Origin: Giardia intestinalis
Lineage: Eukaryota
Strand: one strand, 5' to 3'
Length of the DNA stretch: 64,000 nt
NCBI GenBank assembly: GCA_000002435.2
Contig: CM018791.1
Shown here: piece by piece, positions 31,018-38,510 of the stretch
Numbering within the stretch: position 1 is the first letter of the stretch
Layout of the letters: every line of letters starts with the position of its first letter
Program-made: the position numbers and the translations under genes
Notes under the pieces: generated by a model
The model's database searches: none
What the model was told of the DNA's origin: nothing
Seen by the model: the letters and a program-made list of their open reading frames with translations, nothing else

Positions 31018-31761
31018 TGCTGCTGCGACGAGGACATCATCGCCCTCATCTGCGTGGGCATCCCGATGATCGCGTACGCGGTGGTAGTCGGCTTTCCGGG
31101 GAGAGACCCCAGCAAGGTTGGAGCGGCATTGAAAGAGTGTCTCAGTAACAAAAATGGTAAGAATCTCCTAGCCTGCATCAGTGAGAAGGGGGATAACTAC
31201 GGCGGCCTCTTCCTCTTCATAATGATTGTGGCCGTGATCTGCATCATCTACAGCATCGTCGTCCAGATCCTCAAGTGCGTCCTCTGCTGCTGCAGCTGCT
31301 GCTGCTGCGGGTGCTGCGGGTGCCTCGACTGCTTCCTCAAGTACGCGTTCCGCATCGGGGTCGGAGTCGGGTACCCCTCGCTCGCGGACTTCCTCACGTA
31401 CCTGATCACCTCCGTGCTGGCGAAGAACGGGAACGGTGGTAATACGTCGTTCAGCAACGCCGTGGGCGGCTACAGCGGGCTGTCGATGGTCTCCCTCGCG
31501 GCCGGCTGGGCCTTCACCGTGGTCATCGGCTCGTTCTTCATCCACAAGGACAGCTGCGGGCTGAAGTTCCTCGGGCTCATTCTGGGCTGCATCGTCGCCT
31601 TCGTCGTCATCGCGGCCATCGTCCCGGCGGGCCCCCGCGGCCTCCTTGAGGGCCCCTCCAACAAGTGGGCGGGCGTGGTCCTCGGGCTCGTCGACGTGGT
31701 AGTCTTCACAGCCATGTACGCCGCGGCGCTCTGCTGCCTGGGCGGCGGGTGCTGCAAGTAA
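31015..31761 (+). CDS. Polycysteine multi-pass membrane protein, paralog 1 (248 aa; MCCC N-terminus, CCCSCCCCGCCGC cluster after TM2, CCLGGGCCK C-terminus).
   Basis: Four to six predicted TM helices. Juxtamembrane Cys runs. Very GC3-rich codon usage. Initiator gagaaaaataaATG. Confidence 0.75.
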   Translation: MCCCDEDIIALICVGIPMIAYAVVVGFPGRDPSKVGAALKECLSNKNGKNLLACISEKGDNYGGLFLFIMIVAVICIIYSIVVQILKCVLCCCSCCCCGCCGCLDCFLKYAFRIGVGVGYPSLADFLTYLITSVLAKNGNGGNTSFSNAVGGYSGLSMVSLAAGWAFTVVIGSFFIHKDSCGLKFLGLILGCIVAFVVIAAIVPAGPRGLLEGPSNKWAGVVLGLVDVVVFTAMYAAALCCLGGGCCK

Positions 31762-31773
31762 ACGGCGCCCGGC

Positions 31774-32247
31774 CTACTGCTCGGTCTCCTCGTAGATCGT
31801 GATCTCGGAGCAGTCTGCGCACCGGAGCCCGCTGTCCTCCGAGACGGGGACCTGGAAGATCACCCTGCAGAAGCGCATGAACCGGTTTGCGTACGCGTCG
31901 CTCGGGACCGCGGAGATCCCGTCCTTGTCTGCGCACAGCCCCTTCGCCCTGCGCTCGACGTGCTTGATGCTCCTGAACTCGGTGAGGAAGTCGACGACGC
32001 CCATGTGGAGGACCCGGTAGTAGAGGGCCGACCCCCGCAGCGTGGGCCCCAGGGCGCAGGCGGGGGAGAACGCGTAGAGCCCGCCCTCCTCGCTGTGGAA
32101 GATGTCGCTGCTCTGGATGGCCGCCTCGAACGTGAAGCGGCGCCGGAAGACCTCCCGGAGGTACTCGTCGGGGGGCAGCGCGGCGAGGAACGCGGACGTC
32201 CCCCGGCTCCCCCCGGCCGCGATGCTGTGGCCCACCGGGGGCAGCAT
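31774..32247 (-). CDS. Hypothetical protein (157 aa) with extremely high GC3 codon usage.
   Basis: Of the frames in this GC-rich stretch, only this one gives a compositionally normal protein (…YLREVFRRRFTFEAAIQSSDIFHSEEGGLYAF…). GC3 is about 95%. The alternatives are Arg/Pro/Gly junk. Confidence 0.5.
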   Translation of the reverse strand: MLPPVGHSIAAGGSRGTSAFLAALPPDEYLREVFRRRFTFEAAIQSSDIFHSEEGGLYAFSPACALGPTLRGSALYYRVLHMGVVDFLTEFRSIKHVERRAKGLCADKDGISAVPSDAYANRFMRFCRVIFQVPVSEDSGLRCADCSEITIYEETEQ

Positions 32248-32683
32248 GTCCGAGACGTCCCGCGTGCTGAGGATGACTCTTCACCGATATTCCTTAGTAA
32301 GCTTAGTCAATGGTAAGTATAACGTCTTGTAGACGACGAGTGACAGTAATTCACCGTGTTTTCCCAGGGCCTCTAAACTAAGAGAGCCTGACAACAAAGT
32401 GCTCAAATTGCGGTTCAAGGCACGCATTATGAAGACATTGGCATCGCCGCTTTTTTAGGTTTCTGCGCCGGCCTACTAGGCAGTCAAAATAGTACAAAAA
32501 TTTCCAAATTGATGTTTAAACAATTTTAGATGTGCAAAGACTTTCATCGACCTCTTACTGGTTGACAGCGAATAGCTGTTTACACACAGAAATTCCGTTA
32601 TTGGTTTTCTTCGATAAATAAATTTCAAGAATCTTCGATTGCGCTGAATAAGTCAATGTTCCTTCAATCGTTGAGAAAAATAA

Positions 32684-33478
32684 ATGTGCTGTGATGAGGA
32701 TGTCATTGCCCTCATCTGCGTGGGTGTCCCGATGGTTGTGTATGCCCTGATTGTAGGGTTCCAGAAAAGGAACCCAGCTGCTGTTGGTCAAGCGCTAAAG
32801 ACTTGTTTTAATGACAACAAATCTATATGGAAAAAAGACCCTTTGAAGTGCCTTGCTGGTACTAAATATGGTGGCTTGTTTCTCTTCATAATGATCGTGG
32901 CCGTGATCTGCATCATTTACGGGATTGTTGTTCAGATACTCAAATGTATTTTGTGTTGCTGTAATTGTTGTTGCGGGTGCTGCGGGTGCCTCGACTGCTT
33001 CCTCAAGTACGCGTTCCGCATCGGGGTCGGCGTCGGGTACCCCTCTTTGATGGATTTTCTTACATATTTGATCTCTGCTTCGGTAGCGAAGAATAACAAC
33101 TGGGTAGACAACAATCTCTCCAAGAGAGGCGCATTCAACAATGCAGTGGGAGGTTACAGTGGCATATCAATGCTATCTCTTGCGGCCGGTTGGGTCTTCA
33201 CTGTGGTCATCGGCTCATTTTTCATCCAGAAAGACAGCTGCGGCCTGAAATTCTTAGGGCTTATTCTAGGTTGTATCGTCGCCTTCGTCATTATCGCAGC
33301 TGTTGTCCCAGCAGATCCTCGTAATTTATACTCTGGTAAAGCCTTTAACAATCAGCTTTTCATTAGCAAGGAAGCCAGGTGGGGCGGCGTTCTCCTCGGC
33401 TTCATCAATGTAGGAGTTTTCACAGGCATGTATGCTGCTGCCCTGTGTTGCTTGAACGGCTGCTGCTGTTGCAAGTAA
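32684..33478 (+). CDS. Polycysteine multi-pass membrane protein, paralog 2 (264 aa).
   Basis: Roughly three-quarters amino-acid identity with 31015..31761 by eye. Same MCC…, CCCNCCCGCCGC and …CCLNGCCCCK features. Ordinary AT-moderate codon usage, except for short stretches identical to paralog 1. Confidence 0.8.
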   Translation: MCCDEDVIALICVGVPMVVYALIVGFQKRNPAAVGQALKTCFNDNKSIWKKDPLKCLAGTKYGGLFLFIMIVAVICIIYGIVVQILKCILCCCNCCCGCCGCLDCFLKYAFRIGVGVGYPSLMDFLTYLISASVAKNNNWVDNNLSKRGAFNNAVGGYSGISMLSLAAGWVFTVVIGSFFIQKDSCGLKFLGLILGCIVAFVIIAAVVPADPRNLYSGKAFNNQLFISKEARWGGVLLGFINVGVFTGMYAAALCCLNGCCCCK

Positions 33479-33531
33479 ATAGTGGTGTCCCCGTGCAGAC
33501 TTTTCTTTTTGACAAAAATCACGGTTGCTAG

Positions 33532-34524
33532 ATGGACATCGGGGTCGCAGTTCAGGCTCTAGAGGTGAGTCTGAGAGGCTTCTGCTACCCAGCGATGTAC
33601 CTCAACGCGGACAGATTCAGCACAGGAGCATCTGAGGACCTGGTGGCACTTGTCGCCCAGATTCTTGAGCGGTGCCACCCTTCCATCCAAGCGTACCTCT
33701 CAACGAAGGGTTATTATACACCACTAACTAAGTTCACTGGGCCCGACTGGTACAGGTGTTTTGAGTCATTCATGCGTGAAAACATCCATACTGTTGAAAA
33801 CTCATCATCTGTGCCTATACTCCCGTCATCGTCGTGGGAGAAGCATTCCTTTGCCGTCGCTAAGGTCAAGGAGGTACTGGGGTTTGTGCGGATACTCAAA
33901 GCAGCCGTGCCGAAGAAGAAGCGATCTCTTCAGGAGCACCGACCGACCTCCAGCCTGACTCAAGCACTGAAGACCAGTCGGGTTGGGCTAGAGGGCGTGG
34001 AGCTCACAACGCCTGAAGATTGCAACTCTAAGCAGATGCTCCGTTTTGCATTCGATGGAGCAGACTCAACAGATTCTCTCGAAGATGCAATAGATAACGA
34101 GAGTCATCACTATCACATGAGCAGTAGAATCACAGAATATCAAAGGAATAGCGATCAATCTAAGGCACCCAGTGGACAGTTCAGTGACAGCCATGATCGT
34201 GCCCGTTACAGAGGCAAGAGTGACAGAGACTCTGCTGATACTGCTCGCTCCCCTCGATCACTGCACTCACTTCAGGCCCCCAGCAACCTGAGTGCAAGAC
34301 GCAGTGCACAATCGTTGGATTGCCTACCGCAATATAGCCGGCCATCGTCTTCCAGGAGAGGCTCAGTCCTCACGGAGCTGAATGAGCATACTATCAGAGA
34401 TGTATTCTACGAGGTGGAGAAGGCTGTGCATGGAATCCAGGTCTTGAATGCAAAGGTGGATGCAGTATTTGGGAGACTCGATTTGCTGGAGCAGAGATTA
34501 GACCAAATATTCACTAAGCTCTGA
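33532..34524 (+). CDS. Hypothetical protein (330 aa) with a C-terminal coiled coil.
   Basis: ATG ORF. Ser-rich middle. Heptad-like C-terminus (VEKAVHGIQVLNAKVDAVFGRLDLLEQRLDQIF). Confidence 0.5.
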   Translation: MDIGVAVQALEVSLRGFCYPAMYLNADRFSTGASEDLVALVAQILERCHPSIQAYLSTKGYYTPLTKFTGPDWYRCFESFMRENIHTVENSSSVPILPSSSWEKHSFAVAKVKEVLGFVRILKAAVPKKKRSLQEHRPTSSLTQALKTSRVGLEGVELTTPEDCNSKQMLRFAFDGADSTDSLEDAIDNESHHYHMSSRITEYQRNSDQSKAPSGQFSDSHDRARYRGKSDRDSADTARSPRSLHSLQAPSNLSARRSAQSLDCLPQYSRPSSSRRGSVLTELNEHTIRDVFYEVEKAVHGIQVLNAKVDAVFGRLDLLEQRLDQIFTKL

Positions 34525-34562
34525 TGGGCTCCTGTGAACCCAAAGTAAATCTCTAGTTAAAA

Positions 34563-35231
34563 ATGTCTGAGGAGTATGACATCCAAAAGGAAGTCGTGGA
34601 GGACGAGCTTGCCCAGTTCAAGCGGGACTATGATAAGGTGGCAGCCAATCCAGCCTTCTATTATGCCAGCTCCGCAGGTGACGCATTTCAAGTTATGAGG
34701 AAGGTACTTGTCAAGGCGGGCCGAGACCTCTCTCTCCTCGAAAAGGAGATACTTGGTGCGCGTGACCCTGCTGTCAGAGAGCAGCGGGAAATGGAGTACA
34801 GTAACCTAAAGAAGCTTTATGAAAGCTATAGAACCAAACTTAACGATCTTGAGGTGCAATCCCGAGAGGCTGCGATGAACTCTGGGGCCATCCAGGACGA
34901 GCCACTAACAGCTGAGCAGCGACTCGGCGCCGCAGTAGTCATACAGGAGGATACGAATGTTCGTGTAAAGGATACAATCAACATAATGCAGGAGGTCGTA
35001 GTGATGAATGATGCCATACTTGAATCGCTGGACCGTGATATGGAGCGTCTCAACCGCGTCTCTGAGGAGCTCGACGGGATTCAGGCAGACGCTGCGCTTG
35101 CTCGGCGGCAGCTTCGGAACGTCATGCGGGCCCTGGCCTCAAATAAGTGCATGCTCTGTGTCATGATGGTCATCTGCATCATTGTGCTAATAGTTAGCAT
35201 CGTAGACCTAGCACAGGCCACCAAGAAGTGA
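34563..35231 (+). CDS. Tail-anchored SNARE-like protein (Qb/Qc-type).
   Basis: Helical N-terminus. SNARE-like heptads (…IMQEVVVMNDAILESLDRDMERLNRVSEELDGIQADAALARRQLRNVMRA). C-terminal TM (CMLCVMMVICIIVLIVSIV) near the end. Confidence 0.55.
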   Translation: MSEEYDIQKEVVEDELAQFKRDYDKVAANPAFYYASSAGDAFQVMRKVLVKAGRDLSLLEKEILGARDPAVREQREMEYSNLKKLYESYRTKLNDLEVQSREAAMNSGAIQDEPLTAEQRLGAAVVIQEDTNVRVKDTINIMQEVVVMNDAILESLDRDMERLNRVSEELDGIQADAALARRQLRNVMRALASNKCMLCVMMVICIIVLIVSIVDLAQATKK

Positions 35232-35331
35232 AGGTGGTTTACTAGAGATAAATAGTACAAGTAAGTTATAGATCAACGTGACTGATGCTGGCTCTGCATC
35301 GGCCTACTGTAAATTCCATTATACTTTCTGC

Positions 35332-36267
35332 TCACTTGATCTTGCAGAGGAGCCTATTAGACATGTTGAAGAGCCGCTCCAGTCCCATCTTATCGTTCAT
35401 GGGATTATCAGGAATAAAGGAGGGCTTGTAAGGGAGAGCAGGGTATATTCTATCGCTGTGGATAAGGATTTCCCCGAAGACCTTGTTGAGGCTGTCGGCA
35501 GGGCCAGAATGGCGGACTTGGAAGTTGCTGGACGACCTCTGAACAAGAGATTGCGAGTTCAGCGGCCTGGCCGCTCTAGATGCTGCGTGCTGTGATGTAC
35601 TCTGTGCTCTGGTAACATCTGCCAGCGTAGGAAGTGGATCTAAGACACGGTCACTCCCACTTACACTATGTCGTAGGTGCTCGTCTGATGTGTGGCTGGA
35701 ATTAGGGCCGGAACCCCTGCTACTAAAGGCCCATGAGGGACGTGTGACACGCTCCGAAACAGGGAAAATGGGAAGCTGAAGGACGTCATTTGTTAAGATA
35801 GGAGGGATGGAGAGATTACATGACACCCGTAGCCTCTGCAGCGCATACACGAAGTTCTGGCTTTGCGCATGCCCAGACCAAACAAGTCGCTGCATGTGGT
35901 TGAATACCATTGTTGCTGGGAGAAGAGTAATACCATTTCGCTTCATGAATGCTGCAAAACAGCCTTGGACATCACTAGCAACGCTAATGCGATGAAGATA
36001 CGAAATTTTATGCACGGTGTCCTGTAAATCGGTCGGATGCTCAATAGAGATGGCGAGGAAGTAGACCATTGGCATCAGTTCACGAGCATTCGCGATCACA
36101 CGCAAGGAGTCTTGAGAGAAATTGGATCTGCTATTGAACATGATAACCACAATTGGATGGCCCATTCCTTCATAGACGCCTGACCGCTTTATATAAACGA
36201 GATCCTCCAAGCGAGGAAGGACTTTAAGTGAGTCCGCGTTTGTAGCGTTAGGCAGAGTAATCTTCAT
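35332..36267 (-). CDS. Hypothetical protein (311 aa), possibly thioredoxin-fold or phosducin-like.
   Basis: ATG ORF. The segment HPIVVIMFNSRSNFSQDSLRVIANARELMPMVYFLAIS weakly recalls phosducin-like/TXNDC9 proteins. Low certainty. Confidence 0.4.
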   Translation of the reverse strand: MKITLPNATNADSLKVLPRLEDLVYIKRSGVYEGMGHPIVVIMFNSRSNFSQDSLRVIANARELMPMVYFLAISIEHPTDLQDTVHKISYLHRISVASDVQGCFAAFMKRNGITLLPATMVFNHMQRLVWSGHAQSQNFVYALQRLRVSCNLSIPPILTNDVLQLPIFPVSERVTRPSWAFSSRGSGPNSSHTSDEHLRHSVSGSDRVLDPLPTLADVTRAQSTSQHAASRAARPLNSQSLVQRSSSNFQVRHSGPADSLNKVFGEILIHSDRIYPALPYKPSFIPDNPMNDKMGLERLFNMSNRLLCKIK

Positions 36268-36336
36268 TTTAAACCAATTTTAGATTTTTGACAATACACA
36301 AGTGCGAGTGAAAAACGTCAGATCATATACGAGGCA

Positions 36337-37251
36337 TCATTCATACAGGTCTATAGAGACATCACTGTTCAGAAGCTTTGGAAAGTCTTCTTGGAGAGCA
36401 GCGCAGACGTCGTCGAGCGATACACGAGACTCTTCCCAGTCCAGACACCTCAGGGCCAAACGGCCCAACTTGGCCCTCTCAGGATCAAGTGTCTTCACTA
36501 TTTGCTCAAAGGGCTCCCGGTCTCTGCCAGCCTCCTTGACGAGGGTCTTCACAGTGTCCGCCACTGACGAATCAACTCTTTTTAGAAACTCGTCGACTCC
36601 GCTTTTTGGCATGATGCGAATGCACTCGGAAAACGTAGCTATGCGGGGACGTGCGTGGATCAAATGGAGCAAAAAGGTCCCCAAAGCAAAAGTGTCCGAG
36701 GCGAAAGAGAAAGGAATACCGACCCACTGCTCCGGGGTACGTATCGACTTCGGTGATGCATATGGGTAACAGAGCGGATTAATTTGTCTTGCGGATCCTA
36801 AATCCCCCACAAGAGCTACCACTTTATAGCCTCCGCCCCTCTGAGAGATGCGAATCATGAAGTTTTGTGCTTTCGCATCTCGATGCACATACCCAGCCTT
36901 GTGTATTGCTTGTAAACCCATGGAAACATCTATAGCTATTCGCGCACAGCAATCGGCCGACAGCCTTCGTCCCTCCTTGAGGGGCGTTGCTATTAACTTG
37001 GCCGCATCGCACGTACACAGTGGTGTGACGATGGACAGAATCAGACGCTCATGCGATTTTGTAGCAAAAATCGTTTGGACAGGTAAAACATTTTTGTGCT
37101 TGACGGCTTGTGCCACAGTGACCTCTGCGGGAACAATTAGACAGCCCCGGCTGACGCGCTTCACGGCAACCCTGTTTCCCTCGGGCGTAACGCAACGAAA
37201 AACAACGCCGAATGAACCTGACCCTAGGAGCTTTTCAATTGTCAGCTTCAT
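36337..37251 (-). CDS. Ser/Thr protein kinase (304 aa), apparently catalytically competent.
   Basis: GSGSFGVVF Gly-loop, VAVKRV, catalytic HRDAKAQN, DLG (DFG variant), APE-like region. Confidence 0.85.
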   Translation of the reverse strand: MKLTIEKLLGSGSFGVVFRCVTPEGNRVAVKRVSRGCLIVPAEVTVAQAVKHKNVLPVQTIFATKSHERLILSIVTPLCTCDAAKLIATPLKEGRRLSADCCARIAIDVSMGLQAIHKAGYVHRDAKAQNFMIRISQRGGGYKVVALVGDLGSARQINPLCYPYASPKSIRTPEQWVGIPFSFASDTFALGTFLLHLIHARPRIATFSECIRIMPKSGVDEFLKRVDSSVADTVKTLVKEAGRDREPFEQIVKTLDPERAKLGRLALRCLDWEESRVSLDDVCAALQEDFPKLLNSDVSIDLYE

Positions 37252-37440
37252 TTTTATTATCGAATAACATCATTGGAGCGCAGGGAATGCTGACAGGGAA
37301 AGAGTGCTCATGTGAATGAACCGACTAGAGAAGGAGGGGCAGACATTAAAGGAGTATTGACGTTTAAGTGTCCAATTAATTATGGATAATTCATTTGTAT
37401 ACGCCAACTAAACGCTCTACAGTAGAGGCTGAAAATTAAA

Positions 37441-38424
37441 ATGCCGTTCAAGCAGACCCGCCACTTGCTCACTATCTCTGCCCTCTGCCCCAAGGAGCTT
37501 GCGTACCTTATCGACCGTGCGCTCGACATGAAGAAGAACCCCGCGAAGTACACTGCGCGTGCGGCCAACAAGACCCTGCTCGCCTTCTTCGCCAAGCCGT
37601 CACTCCGCACACGCGTCTCCTTGGAGACAGCCATGACGCGCCTTGGCGGGCACGCGATCTACTACGAGCTCGGCGCAAACTCCAACGTTGGCGGCAAGGA
37701 GACCGTCCAGGACACCGCTGAGGTCTTCTCGCGCATGGTGGACATCTGCACAGCCCGCCTGGCCACCAAGGAGATGATGAGGGAGATGGCCCAGCACGCT
37801 TCTGTGCCCTGCATCAACGCCCTTGACGACTTCGGCCACCCGCTCCAGATGGTCTGCGACTTCATGACCATCAAGGAGAAGTTCACGGCGGCAGGCGAGT
37901 TCTCCAACGGCTTCAAGGGCATAAAGTTTGCATACTGCGGGGACTCCATGAACAACGTCACATACGACCTCATGCGTGGCTGCGCCCTGCTTGGCATGGA
38001 GTGCCACGTTTGCTGCCCTGACCACAAGGACTTCAAGCCCATCAAGGAAGTCATCGATGAGTGCGAGGAGATCATCGCAAAGCACGGCACCGGCGGCTCC
38101 ATTAAAATCTTCCATGACTGCAAGAAGGGGTGCGAGGGCGTCGACGTCGTCTACACAGACTCGTGGATGAGCTACCACATCACCAAGGAGCAGAAGGAGG
38201 CCCGCCTCAAGGTTCTCACGCCGTTCCAGGTCGACGATGCCGTCATGGCCGTCACCTCCAAGCGCAGCATCTTCATGAACTGCCTTCCAGCGACCCGCGG
38301 TGAGGAGCAGACGGCGTCTGTCATTGACGGGCCCAAGTCCGTCTGCTACGACGAGGCCGGGAATCGCCTGCACTCGGCTATGGCGGTCCTCGACTTCTTC
38401 TTGCATGACTGCAAGATGGAGTGA
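37441..38424 (+). CDS. OCT: Ornithine carbamoyltransferase (arginine dihydrolase pathway).
   Basis: Carbamoyl-phosphate site SLRTRVS, HPLQ motif, HCLPA motif. About 327 aa. Very high GC3 codon usage, consistent with high expression. AGTGAAT follows 20 nt after the stop. Confidence 0.9.
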   Translation: MPFKQTRHLLTISALCPKELAYLIDRALDMKKNPAKYTARAANKTLLAFFAKPSLRTRVSLETAMTRLGGHAIYYELGANSNVGGKETVQDTAEVFSRMVDICTARLATKEMMREMAQHASVPCINALDDFGHPLQMVCDFMTIKEKFTAAGEFSNGFKGIKFAYCGDSMNNVTYDLMRGCALLGMECHVCCPDHKDFKPIKEVIDECEEIIAKHGTGGSIKIFHDCKKGCEGVDVVYTDSWMSYHITKEQKEARLKVLTPFQVDDAVMAVTSKRSIFMNCLPATRGEEQTASVIDGPKSVCYDEAGNRLHSAMAVLDFFLHDCKME

Positions 38425-38443
38425 TTCTTCTGTGTCTTAGTAG

Positions 38444-38450
38444 AGTGAAT
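38444..38450 (+). promoter_or_regulatory. Putative polyadenylation signal AGTGAAT (AGTRAAY) after OCT.
   Basis: Matches the Giardia consensus, 20 nt downstream of the TGA at 38422-38424. Confidence 0.45.
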
Positions 38451-38510
38451 GGTCCCGTTCTCTTTTTTCCTCTGTCTACATCTACAGCGGGCGACATTGC
38501 CTCAGTCCCG

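Noticed and set aside
31168-32316. Antisense and alternate-frame ORFs (31168-31545 -, 31470-31757 -, 31706-32284 -, 31960-32316 +) around polycysteine paralog 1
   Set aside because: These are open only because of high GC. They give Arg/Pro/Ala-rich junk proteins, whereas the sense frame gives a coherent TM protein and the 31774-32247 frame a normal-composition protein.
37600-38406. 268-aa and 153-aa antisense ORFs inside OCT
   Set aside because: Created by OCT's extreme GC3 bias (antisense of G/C-ending codons lacks stops). Composition is junk-like, while OCT motifs on the sense strand are unambiguous.
38421-38510. Track start of the SMC ORF at 38421 (GTG) overlapping the OCT stop
   Set aside because: Alternative-start extension. 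The first ATG is at 38511, and the canonical SMC N-terminus (MYLSGVEIKNFRS, cf. SMC3 MYIKQVIIQGFRSY) begins at 38541. The extended region more likely holds the OCT poly(A) signal and SMC promoter.
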